Source: an uncultured delta proteobacterium (GTDB lineage Bacteria; Myxococcota_A; Polyangia; Palsa-1104). Taken from it: DNA of 64,000 bases. Position 1 is the stretch's first letter. Every line of letters starts with the position of its first letter. The stretch spans positions 384,001-448,000 of the forward strand of contig CAWAWS010000039.1 in NCBI GenBank assembly GCA_963785725.1. The letters run 5' to 3'. Below the pieces are notes generated by a model. It worked only from the letters and a program-made list of their open reading frames with translations. It did no database searches and had not been told where the DNA came from. Positions 31,001 to 39,326 of the stretch are shown one piece after another. The translations under genes and the position numbers were made by a program.

Positions 31001-31655
31001 TCGGAGGTCGTCAAAGCGGCGGAGCCGGCGATCGAGAAGATCGCCAAGGCGGCGCCGCCGGGCTACGAGATCGTCATCGGCGGCGAAAAAGAGGAGCAGA
31101 CCAAAGGCTTCGGGCAGCTCGTGGTCGTGCTCGGGCTGTCGATCTTCGCGATCTTCCTGGCGCTGGTCGTGCAGTTCAAGTCGGCGGTCAAGCCGGTGGT
31201 CGTGTTCGCGGCGATTCCGTTCGGCGTCGCGGGCGCGCTGGTGTCGCTGCGCGTGATGGCGGCGCCGTTCGGCTTCATGGCCTTCTTGGGCATCGTCAGC
31301 TTGATCGGCGTCATCGTCAGCCACGTGATCGTGCTGTTCGACTTCATCGAGGAGGCGCACGAGAAGGGCGAATCGCTTGCGCGATTCGCTGCTCGATGCC
31401 GGCATCGTGCGCTTGCGGCCGGTGCTGATCACCGTCGGTGCGACCGTGCTCGGCCTGGTGCCGCTGGCGGTGCACGGCGGGCCGCTGTGGCAGCCGCTGT
31501 GCTACGCGCAGATCGGCGGGTTGACGGTGGCGACGGTGTTGACGCTCGTGCTCGTGCCCGTCATTTACTCGGCGGTCGTGCTCGATCTGAAGTGGATCAA
31601 GTGGGAGCGCACGAACGGGCACGACGACGACCTGAAGCGCATGCCGCACGTCTGA
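28043..31655 (+). CDS. RND efflux transporter permease (AcrB family), +1 frameshift near 31377
   Basis: WPGASAEKVE, LGLLVDDP and C-terminal RLRPVLIT. The C-terminus continues in the 31377-31655 frame. Confidence 0.88.
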
Positions 31656-31701
31656 CGCCGGCATCGGCGCCGGCGGACGCGATTGTCGCCGGCGCGGCGC
31701 C

Positions 31702-31749
31702 GGCATTCGCGCTCATCGTGGCGACGCGCGAACCTTTACTCGTGCTAGC
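31702..31749 (+). repeat. 48-bp repeat, right copy of an inverted pair with 24547-24594
   Basis: ggcattcgcgctcatcgtggcgacgcgcgaacctttactcgtgctagc; its 3' part also forms a hairpin, ttactcgtg (31736-31744) with cacgagtaa (31759-31767). Confidence 0.9.
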
Positions 31750-31876
31750 AACGATCGCCACGAGTAAGACTCCCCGCGTCAAGAATCCGCGGCAAACGTG
31801 GGGCGATATGCTCCGTTCGGGGGATCGACTCCCCGTCGCGCCGACTGGGCGGTCATTCATTCCGGCGACTTCCGCT

Positions 31877-31893
31877 TTGGCGCGGCGATTGCT
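31877..31893 (+). promoter_or_regulatory. Putative sigma-54 (-24/-12) promoter
   Basis: TTGGCGCGGCGATTGCT versus consensus YTGGCACG-N4-TTGCW, 44 nt upstream of ATG 31938. Confidence 0.55.
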
Positions 31894-31937
31894 GTTGTCC
31901 TCGAGCGGTGCGTCAAGCGTTTGCAACCGAATCAGGC

Positions 31938-33113
31938 ATGCGCAGCGAAGAGCCGCTCGTTTTGTACGGCGATTCGTCGCCCTTCCCGTACGGCATCGAC
32001 TTCCTGGACGCGATCCGCGCCACCATCGAAACCTGCGTGGCGCTGCTGACGGCGCAAGCGACGATCGATCATTCGCTCAAGCGTTCGGCGCAGGTCGAGC
32101 AGAACCTGAAGGTCGAGAAGCGACGCCTGCAGCAGCTGTTGGCGGCGGTGCACGTCGCGACCGGCGACTATGTCGACGGCTCGAGCCGGCTTCGCGCCGT
32201 CGCCAACGAAGTAGCGGCGACGGCGACGGCGGCCATGGATCGCACGTTCGCCGACCTCGACCGCTTGTGGGCCACCGAGCTGAGCTCGGCCAGCGGCGTC
32301 ATCGACGAGGCCGGCGCCGCCGCGCTGCGCGCGCTCGAGCAGCTGCTGTTGCAGCATATTCCGCCGCAAACCGGCGTGTCCTGGCACCTCGCGGCCAACG
32401 CCAACGAAGACGGCTACGACGCCGACGCGCGCCTCGAGACGCGCGTTGGCCTCGACGCACACCTGACGCTGACGATCCCCGCGGCGCACGGCTGGGCGCG
32501 CGTCCGTCGCGTCGTCGACGTCGCGCCGGCGACGACCGTGCTCTTGCCGCGTCCGCTCGGCCGCCGTCAGCGCGAAGGCCTGCAAGCCGTGTCGCTCGAT
32601 CGCCTCTTCGTCAGCGACGTGCAGATCGCGCCCGCGCGCATCATGCTCGTCGTCCGCCAAAAGCCGCGCAGCGGCAGCGGTTGGCGCTTCGCCGTCGCCA
32701 GCGAAGACGGCCGCACCTTCAGCCAGCCCATCGACGACGCCGGCCGCCCCTGCGGCGACGAGAACGACCTCGCCGACGAGCGCGAGCCCATCTTGCGCCT
32801 CGCCAGCGCCGTCCTCGACGGCACGTTCGACCTCGCGCTGCGCCGCGAACGACTGACCGCCGCCACGCTCGACGGCCATCCGCTCGACAAGCGCCACGAG
32901 CCGCGCGAGGTCTGCGCCCGCCTCATCAGCGGCTACGCGCCCGTCGTGGCCGAGATCGCGCGCCGCTCGCATCCGACGACCGAGCTCACGCTGCGCAAGA
33001 ACCTCGGCGGCGGCCGCCGCGAGGCGATGTTCATCCGGCGCGCCGAGCTGCTCGACCGAATCGCCCGCGTCCCGCCCTCGCTGCGCGCGCTCTTCGACCC
33101 GCTCGGCCTCTAA
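31938..33113 (+). CDS. Uncharacterised protein, paralog of 47581-48984
   Basis: Typical codon use; shares the N-terminal GDSSP...DFL motif, a coiled-coil region and the C-terminal EL-L-----GRRE--F--R--L motif with the paralog. Confidence 0.85.
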   Translation: MRSEEPLVLYGDSSPFPYGIDFLDAIRATIETCVALLTAQATIDHSLKRSAQVEQNLKVEKRRLQQLLAAVHVATGDYVDGSSRLRAVANEVAATATAAMDRTFADLDRLWATELSSASGVIDEAGAAALRALEQLLLQHIPPQTGVSWHLAANANEDGYDADARLETRVGLDAHLTLTIPAAHGWARVRRVVDVAPATTVLLPRPLGRRQREGLQAVSLDRLFVSDVQIAPARIMLVVRQKPRSGSGWRFAVASEDGRTFSQPIDDAGRPCGDENDLADEREPILRLASAVLDGTFDLALRRERLTAATLDGHPLDKRHEPREVCARLISGYAPVVAEIARRSHPTTELTLRKNLGGGRREAMFIRRAELLDRIARVPPSLRALFDPLGL

Positions 33114-33134
33114 TGATGACAGCGAACATCATTA
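33111..33134. repeat. Dispersed palindrome copy 1
   Basis: TAATGATG-ACAGCGAA-CATCATTA with perfect 8-bp arms; overlaps the TAA stop at 33111-33113. Confidence 0.8.
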
Positions 33135-33271
33135 AAGATCAACGCCGCACCGAATCAGCGCGCGTCGATCGATTCAGGCGATCAGCGGATGGGTAATGGT
33201 GAGAATCCGTAGCAGCGGCGCGATATTTTGCGCGCTTGGTAGCGGTGGGGGCGCGTCCGTCTTACGCGGCG

Positions 33272-34360
33272 CTAATAATGATCGCCGGGCTTGGTCGTGC
33301 CGAACGCCGGGATCATCTCCGACTTCTCGCCGTTGATGGTCGTGCCGCCCGCGTGAATCATCCCCGCCATCGTCAAGAACGGCGCCGGGAAGTTCAGCGT
33401 CGGCGTCGTCAGCTTGTCGAGCTCCGCCGCCTGCTCCGCCGTCAGCTTCACTTCCAGCGCCTGCACGTTGTCATTGAGGTGCGCCAGCGTGCGCGCGCCG
33501 ATGATCGTCGACGACACGCCGGGCCGATTTTGCACCCACGCCAGCGCCACGCGCGCCACCGTCGTGTCGAGCTGCCCCGCGATACGCTGGAGCGCGTCGA
33601 TGACACCGTAAGCCGTCTCCCCGAGAAAACCCGCCGCCCACTGGCGCGCGTCCGGCCGCACCGTCGCCGCGTTCTGCCGCGTGTACTTGCCGCTCAAGAC
33701 GCCGCTCTTCAACGGCGACCACGGCGTCACGCCCATGCCGAGCTCCAGCGCCATCGGAATCAGCTCGCCTTCGACGGTGCGCTCGAGCAGCGAATACTCG
33801 ATCTGCAGCCCGACGAACGGCGCCCAGCCGCGAAACTGCGCGATCAGCTGCGCCTGCGTCGTCTTCCAGGCCGGCGTATCGGAGACGCCGAGATAGCGGA
33901 CTTTGCCCGCCTGCACGAGATCCTGCAGCGTCCGCATCGTCTCTTCGATGGGCGTGTGCTTGTCCCAGTTATGCAGCCAATACAGATCGATGTAATCCGT
34001 CTGCAGCCGGCGCAGCGACTCGTCGCAGGCCGCAATGATCGACTTGCGGCTCGAGCCGCCGCCGTTGGGATCGCCCGGCTCCAAATTGGCGCTGAACTTG
34101 GTGGCGATGACGAGCCGATCGCGCCGCTGCTTGTGCCGGCCGATATGGTCGCCGATGATCTTCTCGGAGTGGCCTTTGGTGTACAAATTGGCGGTGTCGA
34201 TGAAGTTGCCGCCCAGCTCGACGTAACGATCGAGGATCTTCTCCGACTCGGCGACGCTCGACCCCCAGCCCAAGTCTTCGCCGAACGTCATGGCGCCCAA
34301 GCAGAACGGGCTCACGCGCAAACCGGAGCGGCCGAGTGTCACATAATGATCGAGAGGCAT
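33272..34360 (-). CDS. Aldo/keto reductase
   Basis: LG-SGLRVS-FCLGAMTFG, FIDTAN-Y, IATKF, SLRRLQTDYIDLY and PWSPL motifs. Confidence 0.95.
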   Translation of the reverse strand: MPLDHYVTLGRSGLRVSPFCLGAMTFGEDLGWGSSVAESEKILDRYVELGGNFIDTANLYTKGHSEKIIGDHIGRHKQRRDRLVIATKFSANLEPGDPNGGGSSRKSIIAACDESLRRLQTDYIDLYWLHNWDKHTPIEETMRTLQDLVQAGKVRYLGVSDTPAWKTTQAQLIAQFRGWAPFVGLQIEYSLLERTVEGELIPMALELGMGVTPWSPLKSGVLSGKYTRQNAATVRPDARQWAAGFLGETAYGVIDALQRIAGQLDTTVARVALAWVQNRPGVSSTIIGARTLAHLNDNVQALEVKLTAEQAAELDKLTTPTLNFPAPFLTMAGMIHAGGTTINGEKSEMIPAFGTTKPGDHY

Positions 34361-34444
34361 CCTGTCCTCCTGTCACCGCCAGTCGTCTGGCGGCGGCGGT
34401 TGTGGTAAGGTTTCATTCCGCGGCTGTATTGTTCCACCGCGGAA

Positions 34445-34478
34445 TAGTTCAATGTGGAACTAGTTTAACGTTGAACTA
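34445..34478. promoter_or_regulatory. Tandem 18-bp palindromic operator, probably for the adjacent MarR regulator
   Basis: TAGTTCAATGTGGAACTA (34445-34462) and TAGTTTAACGTTGAACTA (34461-34478) between the divergent AKR and MarR genes. Confidence 0.7.
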
Positions 34479-34522
34479 TCTCCTGTCAACGGATCATCGA
34501 CCATCGAGGATCGAAGTCACGA

Positions 34523-34930
34523 ATGCGTAAGGTTTCGCCCTGGACTTTGTGGACGCTCAATTTTCAGGTCATGACGGCGCTCATGAACGACGTGGGTCCG
34601 CGGCTGCGCGGGCTGCACATGGAGATGAAGGAGTTCCTGCTCCTCACCGAGCTCGACGCCCATCCCAATCCGGCCGATCTGGCGCGCGCCTTGTTGACGC
34701 CGAAGCCGACGGTGACGTTCATGGTCAAGCGCATGGAGGCGGCCGGCTACATCAAGCGCGAGATGCAGACCGACGATCTGCGCCGCTTTCATTTGACGCT
34801 GACCCCGTCGGGCCGGCGCGCGATGGAGCGCGCGCGCGAAATCTTCGACGAGGAGTTCGGCCAGCGCCTCGCGCGCCTGACGCAATCCCAGCGCCTCGAG
34901 CTCCTCCGCATCTTCGAACGCATGGTCTGA
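34523..34930 (+). CDS. MarR family transcriptional regulator
   Basis: DLARAL--PKPTVT-MVKRME-AGYI-R---DD-RR--L-LT--GR winged-helix pattern. Confidence 0.92.
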   Translation: MRKVSPWTLWTLNFQVMTALMNDVGPRLRGLHMEMKEFLLLTELDAHPNPADLARALLTPKPTVTFMVKRMEAAGYIKREMQTDDLRRFHLTLTPSGRRAMERAREIFDEEFGQRLARLTQSQRLELLRIFERMV

Positions 34931-35122
34931 TTCGCGCTCGGCGCGCCGGCCACGTTCTCGGCAGCGTCATCGCCGCCGGCAACTGCTTAGCGACTCTTAT
35001 CGTGTCATTTAGCGGCTTAGCGGGGTCGTTCGTTGAATTCTAACGCAGGGCGTAACCGCCGCGCATTCACGCGATTGGCGATCGTCGATCGCGATGTGCT
35101 AGGGTCCGCGCGGAGGTGCGAT

Positions 35123-35701
35123 ATGCGCGTTCCAGCTCTAGTTATCGCAATGTTGCTCGCCAACGGCGCCGCTCTTGCCAAGGGCGGCAAGGGTGACGGC
35201 AAGCCAACCACGATAGAAGGCGCGCTCGCCGACGCCGAATCGGCGCTCGAGGCCGGCCGCCTCGGCGACGCCATGAGCGAGTCCGAGAAGCTGCAAAAGA
35301 CGCACGGGCTGACCAAGGAAGAGCGCAGCCGGCTCGATCTCGTCATCGCGCGCTGCGATCTGTTCACCGGCAAATATGACGCGTCGGAGAAGCTGTTCGC
35401 GCGCATGACGAAGCAGTCGCCCGACGATACGCGGCTGACCGAGTGGTACGCGCGCGCTCTCGACGGCGCCGGCAAGGAAGACGCGGCGTTTTCGCTGTTG
35501 AACACGCTGGCGCAGAAGGACGCGCTGCAAGACGGCGACAGCTATTGGGCGCTGGCGCAGCTCGAGCGCAAGAAGGGCGACGAGACGAACGCCCGCGCGC
35601 ACGCGAAGCTGGCGCTGGAAAAGCCCATCGTTTTGCAGTCGGACGAGCTCGATCACGCGATTCACAAGTTCATTGACGATCTGACGCCCAAGGCAAAGTG
35701 A
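35123..35701 (+). CDS. Secreted TPR-like helical protein
   Basis: GGAGG RBS, signal peptide MRVPALVIAMLLANGAALA and TPR-like helix pairs. Confidence 0.7.
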   Translation: MRVPALVIAMLLANGAALAKGGKGDGKPTTIEGALADAESALEAGRLGDAMSESEKLQKTHGLTKEERSRLDLVIARCDLFTGKYDASEKLFARMTKQSPDDTRLTEWYARALDGAGKEDAAFSLLNTLAQKDALQDGDSYWALAQLERKKGDETNARAHAKLALEKPIVLQSDELDHAIHKFIDDLTPKAK

Positions 35702-35707
35702 GAATTG

Positions 35708-36535
35708 ATGATGAAGATGCTTCGTAGCCCGCTGGCGCTATCGCTGTTGCTCGCGACCGCCTCGGTCGCGCACGCCGAAGGCGGTAAGAGCCAGCTGACC
35801 TGGTACGGCCACGCGGCGTTCAAGCTGGTGACGCCGGCCGGCAAGGTGCTGTTCATCGATCCGTGGATCTCGAATCCGTCGAATCCCACAGGCGCCAAAG
35901 ACGTCGCGGCCATCGACAAGGCCGACCTCATCCTCGTCACGCACGGCCACAGCGATCACGTCGGTGACGCCGTCGCCATCGCCAAGAAGACGAAGGCGCA
36001 GCTCGTCGCCAGCTTCGATCTCGGCAACGCCATCGTCCACGACGCCGGCTTTCCGGCCGCGCAGTTCTCGATGATGACGGGCGGCAACGCCGGCGGCGAG
36101 ATCTCGGTGCTCGACGGCGAAGTCAGCATCGCGTTCATCCCGGCGATCCATTCGTCGACGGTGGAATCGGGCGCGGGCACGCCGCAGGCGAAGTCGAATT
36201 ACGGCGGCGCGGCCGGCGGCTTCCTCATCACCGTCAAGAACGGCCCGTCGATCTATCACACCGGCGACACCGATCTATTCGGCGACATGGCGCTCATCTC
36301 GAAGTTCCACAAGGTCAATTACATGTTGGCGTGCATCGGCGGCCACTTCACGATGGGCCCCGACCGCGCGGCCGAAGCGGCCAAGCTCGTCGGCGCGACG
36401 ACCATCATCCCGATGCACTTCGGCACGTTCCCGGTGTTGACCGGCACGCCCGACGCGCTCGGCAAGGCGCTCAAGGCGACGCACGCCAAGACGCAGCTGC
36501 ACGCCATGAAGATCGGCGAAACCATCACGTTGTAA
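35708..36535 (+). CDS. Metal-dependent hydrolase, metallo-beta-lactamase fold (UPF0173-like), with signal peptide
   Basis: [27 protein letters not shown] and IPMHFGTF motifs. Confidence 0.92.
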   Translation: MMKMLRSPLALSLLLATASVAHAEGGKSQLTWYGHAAFKLVTPAGKVLFIDPWISNPSNPTGAKDVAAIDKADLILVTHGHSDHVGDAVAIAKKTKAQLVASFDLGNAIVHDAGFPAAQFSMMTGGNAGGEISVLDGEVSIAFIPAIHSSTVESGAGTPQAKSNYGGAAGGFLITVKNGPSIYHTGDTDLFGDMALISKFHKVNYMLACIGGHFTMGPDRAAEAAKLVGATTIIPMHFGTFPVLTGTPDALGKALKATHAKTQLHAMKIGETITL

Positions 36536-36733
36536 ACGGCCGTTTACTTGCAGTACCGCGCGCGAGAATCGGCGCGCACGTCCGATCCCCGCCAGTCTGC
36601 CCGCTCAATAAACGCCACCGCCGCCCAACGCCGAATGCCTCGATGGGCGGCGTTCACACATAATCGCGACGGCGGCGGGGAATAAAGGCAATCCTCAGTC
36701 CCACGCGTTCATTCGCGCCTCGTTGAATGACCT

Positions 36734-37366
36734 TCACTCGCGGAATTGGACGGGGCCGGCGTAGCTGCCGAGGCGCGCGTCGAGGTGGGCGCGGACGCGG
36801 GGCCAGTCGTCGACGATGACGGAATAGATGGCGCTGTCGCGCCAGCCGCCGTCGGCGCGCGGGATGTCGCGGCGCGAGATGCCCTCGAAGGTCGCGCCGA
36901 TACCGGCGATGGCGGCGCGCGAGCGCTCGTTGCGCACGTCGGCTTGGATCTTGACGCGTCCGAAGCCGTGATCGAAGGCTAGGCCGAGTAGGAGGCGCTT
37001 GGCTTCGGCGTTGACGGCGGTTCCCCAGACGCGCGGATCGTAGGCGGTCCAGCCGATGTGTGTGGCCTCGAGCGGCAGATTGAAGTCGGAGAGCGTGGTC
37101 GTGCCGACGAGGCGGCCGTCGTGCGCGCCGCCGACGAGCGTGACGCCGTAGACGTTGCCGTGGGCCCAGTCGAAGTAGCCTTCGGCCCAGGCGATGAAGT
37201 CGCGCACGTTGTCGCGATAGCCGGCCGCGCCGCCGCCGAAGCCGCCGGCGAAGACACGCGGCTGGCCGATGGCGGCGTGCAGCGCGGGCAGCTGCGCCGG
37301 CTGCAGCGGCGCCAGTCGGATGAAGCGGCCGTCGAGCGGCGTGAGCGCGGGGCGAGTCGCAGGCAT
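36734..37366 (-). CDS. GNAT N-acetyltransferase (RimJ/RimL family)
   Basis: HIGWT-Y---VWGTAVN-EAK and D-RNERSRAAI--IGA-FEG motifs. Start at ATG 37366. Confidence 0.9.
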   Translation of the reverse strand: MPATRPALTPLDGRFIRLAPLQPAQLPALHAAIGQPRVFAGGFGGGAAGYRDNVRDFIAWAEGYFDWAHGNVYGVTLVGGAHDGRLVGTTTLSDFNLPLEATHIGWTAYDPRVWGTAVNAEAKRLLLGLAFDHGFGRVKIQADVRNERSRAAIAGIGATFEGISRRDIPRADGGWRDSAIYSVIVDDWPRVRAHLDARLGSYAGPVQFRE

Positions 37367-37487
37367 GACGTCAGTCTGGCAGCGCGGCGACCGCGCGTGA
37401 AGATCCAGCCCGGCGACCGCCGGCGCAATTCTGGCCTGCCGCCGCAAGCTGCCTCGCCGCATGCCGCTCGTGCGCCTTCGTCCTTGC

Positions 37488-37557
37488 GCGCGTCCTCGCC
37501 TCGTTCGCGTGCGCGTCCTCGCCTCGTTTGCGTGCGCGTCCTCGCCCTCGTTCGCGT
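37488..37557 (+). repeat. 23-bp tandem repeat x3
   Basis: gcgcgtcctcgcctcgttcgcgt at 37488, 37511 (one substitution) and 37534 (one insertion). Confidence 0.9.
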
Positions 37558-37566
37558 CAGCTGAGT

Positions 37567-37637
37567 CGATGATGATCATCGTCATCGTTGGTCATGTGTC
37601 TAACACCGGTAGTCAATAATGATTTCTGTCATCATTG
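37567..37637. repeat. Dispersed palindrome copies 2 and 3 (tandem pair)
   Basis: CGATGATG-ATCATCGT-CATCGTTG (37567-37590) and CAATAATG-ATTTCTGT-CATCATTG (37614-37637). Confidence 0.75.
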
Positions 37638-37638
37638 G

Positions 37639-39132
37639 CTATGGCGTTTGGCGCGGAGGTGCATTGAAGACGCGGAGCAGCTGCATTTCGGGCGCGGCGC
37701 GCAGATGTGCGGCCGCGAATTCTGCGGCGTCGGCGCCGAGGAAGCGGCCGTCGGGGGCGCGCTCGACCCAGTCGACGTTGCCGAGCAGCCAGCCGCCGTA
37801 CTCGTGGCGGCGCCAGGCGGCGAAGGCGGCGTTGTTGACGACGCAGTCGAGGTTGACGATGGTGACGTCGGGGCGCCCGTAGCCGGCGAAGTAGCCGGCG
37901 GCGCCGGCGTTCTCGAGGCCGACGCGGCTGCCGGGCGGCAGGCGTGCGACGTCGGCCAAGAGCGCGGCTTGGGTCAGCTCGGCGCCGTGGCGACGAAAGG
38001 GCCCGCGCGCGCCGAAGCGCACGAGGGCGACGCCGCCGGCGATCGCCGCCAGCGCGATGACGACGCGCCACGCCGTCGGCGAACGCGCGCGCTCGCCGCA
38101 AAAGAGGGCGACGCCGAGCGCTAACGGCAGCGCGTACCAGGTGTAATACGCGCGGTAATACCAGGCGTAGACCGCGAGCTGCAGGGCGCAGTAAGCGTAC
38201 AGCGGCCAGAGCGCGCGCGGCGACGGCCGGCCGCGGCCCGCCCGCGCGGCGACGACGAGCTGCGCGGCGGTCGCGGCCAAGAGGACGCCGGTGTAGCGTT
38301 TGGGGTGCCATTCTTCGCCGCTGACCCAGCCGGCGGCGATGATGAGCGAGTGGCCGACGTTGCGCGCGGCGACCGCCAAGCCGCGCACGGGTGGCAGCCG
38401 GCCGTACAGATTGATGGCGCGCTTGGCGGCGCCGCTGACTTGCACGATCGTGCCGCAGCGAACGGCGCTCCAGACGAGCCAGGGCGTGACCGCGGCGAGG
38501 GCGACGGCGGCGAAGATCGCCGTCTTGCGCCAGGAGCGGCCAGTAATGATGACAAATATCATCATAGAGGCGCCGAAGAGGACGTGGTCGGTGCGGGCGA
38601 GGCCGGTGGCGCCGGTGGCGAGGCCGAGCCACGCGGCCGCCGCCGGCGATGGGCGGCGCGCGTAGACGCAGGCGGCCCAAGTCGCGAGCGCCAGCGTCAA
38701 CGCCGAGAAGGCCGCCTCGCAGCCGCGCAGCGGGATGAGCAGCGTAAACGGCGATAGCAGGAAGAGGACGGCCGCGCGCTCGCCGGCGGCGTCGTCGGAC
38801 AGCGCGCGACCGACGGCGGCGGCGACGAGCGCCGTCGCCGCCGTGGCCGCGACGAGCACGAGCAGCGCCGCGTGGATCGGGCGCCATGGGTCGTCGCCGT
38901 AGAGGCGCCAGATGGGCACGCACAGCCAGGCCCACAGCGGGTGGAAGCCGTTGGTGGCGTGCTGGCCGTCGAAGGTGAAGCCGTGGCCGGCGGCGGCGTG
39001 GCGCGCGATTTGGAAGTAGTAGAAGGCGTCGTCGCAGAGCAGGCTGTCGTCGGCGCCGCCGGCGAGCACGAACGCGCCGGCGACGGCCGCGTAGACGGCG
39101 GCATAGGCGAGCACGCGGGCGCGAGCGGACAC
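37639..39132 (-). CDS. Polytopic membrane protein, GT-C-fold glycosyltransferase-like
   Basis: DDAFYYFQIARH...TFDG...TNGFHPLW loop after TM1, LARTD and many TM segments. Confidence 0.75.
   Translation of the reverse strand: MSARARVLAYAAVYAAVAGAFVLAGGADDSLLCDDAFYYFQIARHAAAGHGFTFDGQHATNGFHPLWAWLCVPIWRLYGDDPWRPIHAALLVLVAATAATALVAAAVGRALSDDAAGERAAVLFLLSPFTLLIPLRGCEAAFSALTLALATWAACVYARRPSPAAAAWLGLATGATGLARTDHVLFGASMMIFVIITGRSWRKTAIFAAVALAAVTPWLVWSAVRCGTIVQVSGAAKRAINLYGRLPPVRGLAVAARNVGHSLIIAAGWVSGEEWHPKRYTGVLLAATAAQLVVAARAGRGRPSPRALWPLYAYCALQLAVYAWYYRAYYTWYALPLALGVALFCGERARSPTAWRVVIALAAIAGGVALVRFGARGPFRRHGAELTQAALLADVARLPPGSRVGLENAGAAGYFAGYGRPDVTIVNLDCVVNNAAFAAWRRHEYGGWLLGNVDWVERAPDGRFLGADAAEFAAAHLRAAPEMQLLRVFNAPPRQTP
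38544..38567. repeat. Dispersed palindrome copy 4 (intragenic)
   Basis: TAATGATG-ACAAATAT-CATCATAG, an AT-rich island inside a very GC-rich gene. Confidence 0.75.
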
Positions 39133-39326
39133 GGCGGCAGCTTAACGCAGCCGCCGGCGCGGCGTGCGGCTGCGGCGACGGGAATTCGTGCGCGGCGGCG
39201 CCGATTCGCTGGCGACGGCCACTCGCCCGCGCGTCGAGCGAGCACAGCCATCGTCCACACCTGCAGCCATCATCACAGAGGACGGCCGTCCCGGTTCTTG
39301 CACGAATGAACCGACAGGAGGCCGCG

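Noticed and set aside
31370..31385. Programmed frameshift in the RND gene (also near 42195, 49320 and 57790)
   Set aside because: No slippery heptamer or homopolymer run; single-base insertions in several unrelated genes point to sequencing error.
26933..33196. 2087-aa ORF in the track
   Set aside because: Artefact: off-frame sequence over the MFP gene, plus the real RND gene, plus frameshift read-through.
34430..34461. parS-like sequences (TGTTCCACCGCGGAATA; AGTTCAATGTGGAACT)
   Set aside because: They need an insertion or four mismatches to fit TGTTCCACGTGGAACA, and are better explained as the MarR operator region.
37488..37557. Possible mini-CRISPR or iteron array
   Set aside because: Head-to-tail 23-bp units without spacers, and no rep or cas gene nearby.
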